Source: Paraspadella gotoi (taxonomy: Eukaryota; Animalia; Chaetognatha). From it: 64,000 bases of DNA. How positions within the stretch are numbered: the stretch's first letter is position 1; each line of letters begins with the position of its first letter. A model generated the notes under the pieces. That model saw only the letters and a program-made list of their open reading frames with translations, searched no databases and had not been told where the DNA came from. The stretch covers positions 2,196,306 through 2,260,305 of the forward strand of contig CM119266.1 in the NCBI GenBank assembly GCA_051294375.1. Direction: 5' to 3'. The position numbers and the translations under genes are program-made. This document shows, one piece after another, positions 11,299 through 22,911 of the stretch.

Positions 11299-12006
11299 TA
11301 GATAGTTTTTATATTGGGAGTCCAAAAAGCTAAAATCGTCGGACCTTCGTTGTTCGTCTCGAAACAACAGCCGGCTGGAATCCCAATGTTCTTTCCATAC
11401 TTGACGCCCTTCGCTTGAGCGCATTCTTCCGCCGACTCGCATCTCCGCTCTTTCACTCCCCCGCATTCCGCGTCGGCCCCCTGGAGAATGTGTGAGGATA
11501 ATTGACGATTGCTCATTGATCATAAGAAAGAATTCTACAATGAATTTCAGAGAGCGCATGATCCTTCAACCGCAAGACCTTTTGTTCTTCGCATTCTTTG
11601 TCACAATCTTTGACGCAAACGCCATCGAGTCCGCCTGTTCCGGGGGTCAGGTTAAAATGCAAGCGCCAATACCCATTAGAACAGCAACTACAATTAGAAC
11701 AGCAACTACAATAATCACATTAACACTGACGGCAATGCCAGTAATTTGCGAATGTTAATTTGGATGAACATTGACAAAAAGTGAATAAATAACAATAAAG
11801 TTAACAGCCTGAAAACTGTTAAAGAAAGAAAATTCGTGAGGAAACAAAAAAGAAAACTAATCCCGACCGGGTTCGAGGCAACATCCCTTCAACTTTTCCT
11901 TCTTGCAAGTTTCGTCGCTGCGACAAGATTTCGCATCCAAATCGACAACGAATGAGATCAAAGCGACGACGACGATGACGACGATCAACTTTAATCTTGA
12001 ACGCAT
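10467..12006 (-). CDS. Cys-rich paralogue E (206 aa): signal peptide, 2x 8-Cys domain, Ser/Gly stalk, hydrophobic C-tail
   Basis: Exons 12006-11868, 11634-11579, 11480-11345, 10945-10844, 10654-10467, all GT-AG with matching phases. MRSRLKLIVVIVVVALISFVVDLDAKSCRSDETCKKEKLKGCCLEPGGLDGVCVKDCDKECEEQKGADAECGGVKERRCESAEECAQAKGVKYGKNIGIPAGCCFETNNEGAQNGICTTSCRACETMLERANISSSRCNRLPSNPEKASE...PLDAVVVIVALGVCFRCGSGR*. Confidence 0.85.
11205..11297. repeat. (GATA)n microsatellite in intron 3 of paralogue E
   Basis: About 23 GATA units. Confidence 0.95.
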
Positions 12007-12503
12007 CACGAAAATCTCCAGTTTTTAAGTCGAAAAAGTAGAAAGACTTTCTTTTTCTCGAAAGAAGAAATTGCGCCGAACTATGATTATTTATTAGTAA
12101 AACCTAATAGCGAAAGGATTTGACAAAAAGTGGGCAAATCATTATGGGCAGAATTTCTGTTTTTTATCCTTTTATCCCTAACCTCATCTTTAAACCTAAA
12201 AAACCTAATGAATTCTGAATTTAAGCTGAAATCAATAAAAAAAAGGCTTTTTTAAAAAATCTCTCTTTATTTGACGTTCGAAATCGGAAATAACTTTTTT
12301 AAAAAAATATTTTGTTTCACGGAACCAAAAATTCTAAAGATTGGAAAACAAAAACGGAAGATTAATCTCGAAATAATGCATAATTTCCACGTCGAGGTTC
12401 CGTATATTTATCGGCGTCGCCGCAGTGGTGCTGCTAGCGTTGACAGCGGCGATGGTTCGCCGGCGCCAAATCGAGGGCTGTGTCGGGAGCGGCGTCGTGA
12501 GCG

Positions 12504-12745
12504 TCAACGTAACCAGCCACCGTCTCGCCGCCAAGAACGCCACGCCCACGCGGCGACGGTAACAAAGACGACGACGTCAACGTCTAGTTGCGCAGCAGGA
12601 ACGGCGTCGTTGCGGTTGCCGCTGCCGGCGCCAGAGAAGGTGGCGGGGGACGATTGCTTCCCTGACGCCGCGGAAGCAGAGGCCTTCGTTTTGCTTTTGC
12701 CCGATCCCTTGGAGGATTTTACGACTAAAAAGAATTTATTACATG

Positions 12746-12781
<36 letters not shown>

Positions 12782-15050
12782 CTCTCTCTCTCTCTCGGTT
12801 TCTATCGTTCTCTCTTTCGTCTCGCACGCACTGTTTTAAAGATTTCACTTGAATTAATTTATAGTAATAGCATTGAAAGAATAATCTTCTTCTTAATTAA
12901 ACTCATGTATTACGTAATTTATCGCAAGTCGCGCTCGTCACGTTCGGCCTCTCGTACATTTGTTCACACGCTTCACAATTACTCGAACACTTTCCTTCTT
13001 GCACCCCTGTATCGAAAAAAAGAAGATCGCATCTTTAAATAAGAAATTATATATATATAACACAATGGTTTTAGCAGAGCAACTCAATTGGTCACTTTTC
13101 CGTCGGTCGGTTGGTATGTCTGTCTCTGTCCGTCGGTCGGTTGGTATGTCTGTCTCTGTCCGTCGGTCCGTTGGTATGTCTGTCTCTGTCCGTCGGTCTG
13201 TCCCACTAAAATTTCTCCTAACTTCATCAATCAATTAAATGGATATATCTAACCTGATTAGCAATAAAGGATCCTTATTTGATCCTAGCAAAGAACTCAT
13301 CTTTCTATCGATCTAGTTATTGTTTGTACAAACAATCTGAAGAAGTACTTATGAAATTGTTTTATAACAATTGTATCTACAATACTACTACAGTCATGTT
13401 AATATATATGTTAATATGTTAATATCCCCCTATATACTTACATTTTTAAAAGAATTTTAAAAGTGATTTAAAGTTTATTGAAAGGTGATAAGTTTAGCAT
13501 AAATTTTATTAAAATTGGACCATCCATTTAGGAGCAATAATTTTTTAAAATAAAGTACTCTTGTAGCGGTAGTATATCATACCCAACTACTCGTCCGAGA
13601 ATCAGCAACTTTTACACTACCCCAAAGCTGAATGTAAAAAAATCTGATAGATTTAAGACTAATTTTTTTTCTGACATTTTCCAATATTTGAAATAGATTA
13701 AAAATAAAATACACTGGACATCCGGAGGGATAGCTGGATAACTGGATTAACCCAAATCCTTAAAAAAGGTTTTTGATATATATGATTACAGACAGGTCCA
13801 TGATTCTGAAGCTTTTACACGGATTTCAAATGGAAGTAAAATGAAACGATCAAATACTTTGGCTAAATTAACTGAAATTGCAACTTCAGATTTTGCACTT
13901 TGATAAAAAAATTGCTGACTTTTTTTTCAATTCCCAATAGTCCAGCTTGATTACTTTCATAGTTATATGCATGAATAGCATGAAAAAATTTTTTAACAAA
14001 AATTTTTTTGCATCTGAATAAGACCTTCCTGATATAAAATATCTTTTTATAAAAAAAAATAAAATATTTTACAATTTCGGTTTATCTTATACATATAGAC
14101 TTGAGAATATGTGTCTGAGCAATCTGAATGTCAAAAGCTTTTTCACTTTTTAGTTAAAAAAAATCCATGTAGATTTTCGAGTCGATTTTCCTGTTTGGTT
14201 TTGGAATACTCAAATTTAAAAAATGGCCATGTGAAGAGAGAAAAAGTAGAAAAGAAAGAAGGAAAAATAGGAGGCAGAAGTTTGTGCACTGGAGCAATTC
14301 TCAAAGCAGAAAGTCGGTAATCGAAAACTAAAAACTAAAATTATGGAGACCAGGGGGGGGCCCGGCCAAGGGGGTCAGTGGGGGGGCCCGCCATTTCTCT
14401 CGCCGCCCCTGCATGACGCAACTTATGATTGGAATTACCGTTCTTGTTATTTTATATCATACAATAGTGGATATTTTAATTGTCTTAGGTATACCTACCC
14501 TTGTTGTTCGTTTCCAAACAGCACCCCTGAGGCTTCCCGGCATTATTTCCCATTCTGACTCCTTCGTACTTCTTACAGTCGCTTCCCCGTTTGCAATCTA
14601 TTTCTTGCACACCACCGCATTGAGCGTCACCGCCCTGCTTTTGCCTTCTTATTATTAATTCCATATATATATATATAATTCTACTTAACGTCATTGAGAA
14701 ATAAGTCTCCACAATTTTTTTTATTTTGACCTGCAACTTTTGACATTCTTTCTCGCAATCTTTTACGCATTTCCCTCCAAGGCCACCTAAAAATAGATAT
14801 CTTCATTCATAAATCTAAAAATAAATAAACGAATAAACCAACAAAATCCGACGACAATTAAGACTGCTGCCCCGTACCACATGGAGCTCAGCAAGCCGAG
14901 CGGCTCGAGGCGATAATTACCCGGTTTCACGCAGCAGCCGATGAAACTTCCCCCGCCTTCGCATTGTTTGTCGAGTTGGCAATCCTTTCCCGTTGACATG
15001 GGAACTCCCACAAAAACCAAGACGGAAATTAACGACAAAATTGAATCCAT
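12504..15050 (-). CDS. Cys-rich paralogue D (211 aa): signal peptide, 2x 8-Cys domain, Ser/Gly/Lys stalk, hydrophobic C-tail
   Basis: Exons 15050-14921, 14786-14731, 14634-14499, 13006-12914, 12724-12504. MDSILSLISVLVFVGVPMSTGKDCQLDKQCEGGGSFIGCCVKPGGLGGKCVKDCEKECQKLQGGDAQCGGVQEIDCKRGSDCKKYEGVRMGNNAGKPQGCCLETNNKGVQEGKCSSNCEACEQMYERPNVTSATCDKLLVKSSKGSG...DVVVFVTVAAWAWRSWRRDGGWLR*. Confidence 0.87.
13069..13205 (+). mobile_element. 30-bp tandem repeat x3 after TTTTAG; Helentron/HINE-like 5' fragment in an intron of paralogue D
   Basis: (ccgtcggtcggttggtatgtctgtctctgt)x3, GTCY-rich. This intron is ~1.5 kb versus ~0.68 kb in paralogue C, consistent with insertions. Confidence 0.4.
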
Positions 15051-15595
15051 TTTTGCCCATCCAAAAATTTCTTGGAAAGCTTAGAGTAAAAAAGTAAAGG
15101 GATTTTTAAGGCAGAAAGATTTTTTAACTTCTTAGTCTTTTAGACTTTGTCGCCTCTCTTTAACTTTTCACTCTCTCATTTTCCCTTTTACTCATTTACT
15201 CATTGACCCATTTACTCATTTTATCCGGCGAAACGACTCTCTCTCTCTCTCTCTCTTTCTCTGCCTTGATGATTAATGTCGATAATTTTTCCCTCTCTCT
15301 TTACACGGTTTTTAGTATGAGCCCTATAAAATTTAAAGCTCGGTAAATGCAAGTAATATTTTTATTCACAACCAAAATTGAATTAACAACTCAATCGACG
15401 AATATCGTTTCCTAACAAAAGATCAACCAATCTTTAGGTAAGAAAAATAAGTCATATTCAGATAACCATTGCCAATTTTCCATTGTCAGTAAAGAGTCAT
15501 TGGAATGTCAGTAAGGTGTCCTGTCATGTTTTTTCACTTTAATTAATGTGCAATAGTCACTGAAGCGTCACAGGGTGCGACTGCTTCTTGACCTT

Positions 15596-17166
15596 TCAGA
15601 ACCAGATCTTTAATTTGGGGCCTTTGCGTAATTTTTTGGGCCGCTTTCGCACTGAAAGAAATAAAAGTAATGTCAACTCTAACTCTCTCTTTCTCTCTTC
15701 TTTTCTCTTTTTCTCTCCGAATTGAATTGATTACTAGCATTGGCATTGACGAAACAACCTTTTCGTCCTCACCTACTTAATTAATTTTAATTTTAATTTA
15801 AATTACGTATTACCTATTTTATCACAATTAGCGCTGGTCACGTTTGGACTGTCATACATTTGGTCACAGCGTTGACAATTGCTCGAACATTTTCCTTCCT
15901 GCACCCCTGTAACAAAGAAAAGGGGTTAATCTCTTTAAATAAGAAAATATATACCCAATATGATGGCTTAGGACTATTTCAAAATTTCAACATTATTCGT
16001 TTATTTTTTCAAAAAATAAATGATAAATATTCAAGATAAAATTTTAATATTAAATAAATAAAATATTAATTAATTACTTTATCTCGTTAATTTTTTGATA
16101 AATAAAAAATAAATCTATTTGTATTTTTTTTCAATTGTAGCTACTTTTTATGTAAGAGAAACAAATTCTGGAAAAATAGGGAGCATTACACATTATACAT
16201 TGCTCCCGTTAAAATGTCATTTGTGATAAAATCAAACATCTGAAAGGCTGTTGAGGAAAGGTTAACATGGATAATTTGTTTTGGGACGAAAGATAGAACT
16301 GATAGGTTATTGTTATAAAGGACTAATATTTATAATCTTATGTTTTGATTGGTATTCTTTGTGGGGAAACGATTTTTGAAGCAGCAACCCATAAACAAAC
16401 TCCAAAATAAAAGATGATTTTGTTGTTTTTCCAAAAAAAAATTTATCTTCTCATCCTTTTTGAATTTAAATAGATTAGAGGTCATTAATTTGAAAGCTGA
16501 ACCTTTATGAATTTAGACTCTTTAATCTAAGTATAGGCAAGCAATAGTGAATACAATAATGAATATGGTTTGTACTTTGGCATTCCTACCCTTGACGTCT
16601 GTTTCCAAGCAGCAACCGTCAGGAGGGCCGGTTATATCCCCCATTCTTACTCCTTGGTATTTCGCGCAGTCGCCCGCCCGTTTACAATCTAGTTCTTGTA
16701 CTCCCCCGCATTGAGCGTCTGTGCCCTGAATTAATTTTCCTTGATATTATGATTAATGCTATATCGTTTTGGTCATAGATAATTTAGTCGTTTCCAGACT
16801 TGGCCATTTGTTGAAAATTATACATGAATATTTTATTTTAACCTGCAACTTTTGGCATTCTTTCTCGCAATCTTTAACGCAGTTTCCATTAAGACCACCT
16901 AAAAGTAGATGACACAAATAATTAGCAAACAAAAAATAAATCTCCAAATTCTCTGACTAAAAAAATGAGGTTAACAACAAAAACGATCAATTATTATATA
17001 AAAAAGCATAAAGGCCTTAGCCGGACGAGGCTCAGTACTTACCTGGTTTCATGCAGCAGCCAATAAAACTTCCCACTTTTTCGCAGTCTTTGTCGAGGCG
17101 GCAGCGCTTTCCAATTGCCAAGACCGCCAAAACCAAGACCGAAGTTAACAACCAAAACGAATCCAT
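15596..17166 (-). CDS. Cys-rich paralogue C (154 aa): signal peptide, 2x 8-Cys domain, short basic tail, no anchor
   Basis: Exons 17166-17043, 16898-16843, 16725-16590, 15906-15814, 15651-15596. MDSFWLLTSVLVLAVLAIGKRCRLDKDCEKVGSFIGCCMKPGGLNGNCVKDCEKECQKLQGTDAQCGGVQELDCKRAGDCAKYQGVRMGDITGPPDGCCLETDVKGVQEGKCSSNCQRCDQMYDSPNVTSANCDKIVRKRPKKLRKGPKLKIWF*. Confidence 0.8.
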
Positions 17167-17257
17167 TTTTAGTTATTGAAAAATCGATCAAACACCTTAA
17201 ATCAAAAAAGTAAAAGTATTTTCTAGGGAGTTCCATTTTAAATTTGGATTCTCTCTC

Positions 17258-17314
<57 letters not shown>

Positions 17315-17705
17315 CTCTCTCAATCTCTCTCGGTGTGTCTCTGTCAAGAGGATCCCACGCTCGTTTTTCGCTTCTCTCTTTTTCTTATTCACATTGGACT
17401 AAAATATTAACAAATCAGTCCGAGCAAGTAATATATATTTTTTTTATTCATAACTGAAATTGAATGAACAACTCAATCGACGTTTAATAATAATTTCGTT
17501 TCCGAACAAAAGATCAACTCGTGCTTCATGTGATGCGTTCGATACGACGAGGTCTTTATTGTTATCAGCATCGGTTCATGTTGAGTCGAAAAAAAAAAAA
17601 ATCACGTGTCACGTCATCATTGTCTGGTCAAAGCATCGCATATGGTTGTCGCGTCAATTCGTTACTCAGTTGTCACGCTAACGTCAGGTCGCGCCAACGA
17701 CCGCG

Positions 17706-19370
<1,665 letters not shown>

Positions 19371-19948
19371 CGTCAAAACTAGAGACTCGAGACTCGAAAC
19401 GTTAAACCGGAAAAGTAAGAAGAATTTTTAATCTTTCAACTTAACAAAGAAATAATTTGGAAAACAAATCTGGGTTGAATTTCAGAAATTTCTCTTGTCC
19501 TTAACTTCAATTATATTGTTTTCTTTTTTTTATTATTTGCTCAGTTTTATTAATTGCTAAATTTTTATAACTTTCACATATACGCAAATAAACGAACGAA
19601 ATTATACTTCAATTTTCAATTGTAGTATAGTATAGCTATTGCTAAGAAATAACTGCGTTTGATTACTTCCGAACATTGTTCTTTTTTAAACGATCTTAAT
19701 TTTAAAAACGAAAATCTACATTAATCGAATAAATAATTTTTTCTTCATAAGGAGGATTTATTCAAAAATTGTTTAAATCATAAACAACCGCAACTTGACA
19801 AACACGACAAACGCGACCAAAAAAAAAAAAACAAATGACGAAAAAAGTTCGAAAATCAATTTTGGATTCGGAACAAAATCGATCGATATCAGTTCGTCCC
19901 GACCCCGTACAGCGCCCCGCCGCGCCAAGTGGCGCCACCAAATCGGCG

Positions 19949-21800
19949 TCACGTTTCCTTCCAACTCGATTGCCACGCCCACCGCGACGCCGCCGTCAAT
20001 GCCGCCGCAGTAACAGACGCCGCCGACGATACTAAGAATCTCTCCAGCGGCGACGCTGCGACGACGACACCTGCGGCTCCGCTGCCCTCACCGCCTCCCG
20101 TTCCGTTCTCGCTGCCGCTGCCGCTGCCGCCGCTGACAGACGGGATAGATCCTTTGGGATTGATATCGTCTCCCGGCAGCCGCTGACAGTGGGCGTCGGT
20201 ACGGTTGCGTCGCTTGGCCATGACGGGACACTTGGAGTCACAGAGAGGAGCGCAGATGCCGATCATCTTGCCTGATAGAGTGAGAGGAGAAGAGAGCGAA
20301 ATAGAAAGGCAACTGTTGTGACATTAAACTCACCTTTGGAAACATTGTTCACCTCTTACATTAACCATCATCAACGGCTCCAAATCATGGAATAACCTTA
20401 TAACCTTGACAGAACCTCACCTTTGGTAAAAAGGCTTCATCGATTGCTACAATTACCTCACCGTTATAGTCGGGAGAATTATACGAAAACGTTGATGGTC
20501 GATGCAGAAGTGAGTATTGCTTCTAAAGGTGAGGTTAAAGTCAAAATAATGTTGGATATACTGCAACTGGCAGTATTCACTCTATTGAAGCTACCTTTAC
20601 ACTTTATAGCTCTCTTTGCAACTACATCACCTTTAGAATTGATGGAGAGGCAGCACCCGTCCGGAGTTCCTCTGATTCCGCTGGCGTAAGCGACTTCCTC
20701 GTACTTTTTGCAGTCTTTCGTTTTGCTGCAGGGAAAGTGACCCTTCATATCGCCGCAGTAGGCGCCGCGTCCTTTGGCTTTTACGCAATCGCTGCAGTTT
20801 TGGATGCAGATGCTCTCGATGCCGGCTGAGAGAGTGAGAGACAGTAAGAGATAGAGAGAGAACGAGAGAGAGAGAGAGAGAGATATGCGCATGCATCGGG
20901 ATCGTATTAAATTATTTTGTAAGATTCAATGCAGAGACAGATCAAGAACGGGACGACATGTACTTTTTTATACAAAGGATTATACGAAATTCAAATTCAG
21001 AATATTGAATAAAAACTCATGTAATCCCATTCAAAACTGTCTTTATAAAAAAGTTAAATAATATATTCATTTTTTGAATTAACGTAGGAAATTAATGTAA
21101 TGTAGAGGTAATATTTCATACCCCGTTACTCGTCCGAGAATAAGCAGTATGAAATAGTATGAAATACTACCGCTACAGCAACAGCGACAGCAACCGATAG
21201 ATATTCATTCTAGATATCTGTTCCTATCATGGGACATGCTATGCTGGGTGAGGGCACAAGATAATAACATAACTGGATCCGACAAGCTTTCAATCAAGAC
21301 TCTCTCACTACATTTTATTTTTTATCTTTATTAAATCCCAGAGAGCTTGGCTTTAAACTATTGTTAAGTTAACTATTGAAGAGAGAGTAATTATTGTCAT
21401 GTGTTAGTGACAGAACCATTCAATATCAGCAGTCCCTGAGCTTCGGATCAGGCTGTAACACTGTGTTACAAGCGGGTTAAGCGATCCGTCCCTCTTAACT
21501 GCTAGGCGACCACCGGGCTAGAACCCCGGACCTTTGGGTTAGGAGGCGAATGACTTGCCTCCGGCACCAATGGCCGCTGATGAACGTTTGGTGGATTTTA
21601 GTCCACCATACTATAATGATTCATCTCCTCAACTCCTCACATTTTGCGATGCAGCATCCTTCCTTCTTGTCAAGGACGCACTCCTCGGTTTTCGTGCATT
21701 TGATGGCGAAGGAGACTCGATCCACGACCAAGATGGCGACAACAACGACGACGACCGCCAGGAATCGCGAGTCTTTATCATTTCTCCAACTTGATCGCAT
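19949..21800 (-). CDS. Cys-rich paralogue A (225 aa): signal peptide, 2x 8-Cys domain, Gly/Ser stalk, hydrophobic C-tail
   Basis: Exons 21800-21641, 20825-20631, 20271-19949, with phase-1 introns. MRSSWRNDKDSRFLAVVVVVVAILVVDRVSFAIKCTKTEECVLDKKEGCCIAKSGIESICIQNCSDCVKAKGRGAYCGDMKGHFPCSKTKDCKKYEEVAYASGIRGTPDGCCLSINSKGKMIGICAPLCDSKCPVMAKRRNRTDAHCQRLPG...SGGSGSGSENG...FLVSSAASVTAAALTAASRWAWQSSWKET*. Confidence 0.85.
21101..21177. mobile_element. tiny MITE-like hairpin with 21-bp imperfect TIRs; related copy at ~13562-13620
   Basis: tgtagaggtaatatttcatac ... gtatgaaatactaccgctaca (19/21 complementary); core tactcgtccgagaat shared with 13588-13602. Confidence 0.5.
21506..21577 (-). pseudogene. tRNA-like sequence (Arg-CCT-like), probably a SINE head or pseudo-tRNA, in intron 1 of paralogue A
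   Basis: 72 nt; acceptor stem GCGGCCA/TGGTCGC; CT-CCT-AA anticodon-like loop; T-arm CCGGG-GTTCTAG-CCCGG. The anticodon stem pairs poorly, so it is unlikely to be functional. Confidence 0.55.
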
Positions 21801-22911
21801 TTTTCTTCTATGTATGACGACTAGGAATCGAATGTAAAGACTTTTTTTTTGGTGGCGTGGATTGAGAGTGAAATGCTGATGTTAGATGGCGTGAAAAAAA
21901 TAACAAAAAATTTTAGAATTAGAAATTAATAGTTTAAAATGCTTTTTCCGATGATTCAGTTTAAAAAATCAGTAAACTAATTGTACCAAGTCATTAAAAT
22001 TGTTTGCTCTTTTTTTTTTCTCAAATTTAAAATTTGTAAGTAAATGTATATCTGAGGTCCTCGACTTGAAATGAGCAAGAGTGCATCTAATTCTGGGAAA
22101 ACCTCTATCAGTAAGGCAAAAAAAATAAGGAAGAAAAGAGATAAAAGAAATGGATGTACTGAATCTCAAATCCCGAACGCGATCTTAGATCTTCCGTAGG
22201 AGGAAAATGCATGAGAAGGAAGGCTCATCGTATTGCGTGCATCTTTCGTCTTATTCTCTTAGTTTATTCTGTCATAAAATAAAAAAATCAGATCATTGAA
22301 TTTCAATTTCTTAAAAGTAAAAGAAAAAATAAACAAAATAAACTTTGAATTATCAAAAAAATAATTTATTTGTTTTCAAAGAGGTTTTGGAAAGACAAAT
22401 ATATTTTTTTTAAACATTTTTATTGCCCACATTCGATCGAAAGATTGACAGACTTCAAATAATATTAAGTGCCTTCCTCAGAAAAGAATTTCGAATTTCG
22501 TATGTATAAAACTTGATTTTAAATTCGCCAGTCACAAAAGAAATATACTGACGCCACTCAAAAGATTCTTTTTTAATTTCCCAGAAATTTACTCCCGCTC
22601 GACCAGTTTTTCGTTCTGCTCTCGAAAATCTCGATTACAATTCATTTCTTTATCTAAAGTTCAAACTTCACACAATTACCTAAAGTTTAAACATTTGTTC
22701 TTTCGATCCGGTTTTATTTTTTCAATTTTTATTTTTTTATTTTTTAGTTCCTTAAAAAAAACGAATTTTAGAAACATATACGAAAGTTTAATTTTTCTCA
22801 ATTGTCGTCTTTTTAAAAGTCTTCAAAAACAAAATATAACCTTTATATTATTTCAAAATTTCAGAAAATATCAGCCAAAAAAAAAAACATTCAAGACTTC
22901 AAAATCTGGCG

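Noticed and set aside
13100-13200. 30-bp repeats (and the 32-, 46- and 58-bp arrays) as CRISPR
   Set aside because: Head-to-tail with no unique spacers, no cas genes, eukaryotic context.
16330-16400. GCCF-coding stretch in intron 3 of paralogue C as an extra Cys exon
   Set aside because: The other cysteines and convincing splice sites are missing.
21577-21626. CTGATGA followed by a hairpin (TGGTGGA/TCCACCA) as a hammerhead
   Set aside because: No GAAA...UH element after the stem.
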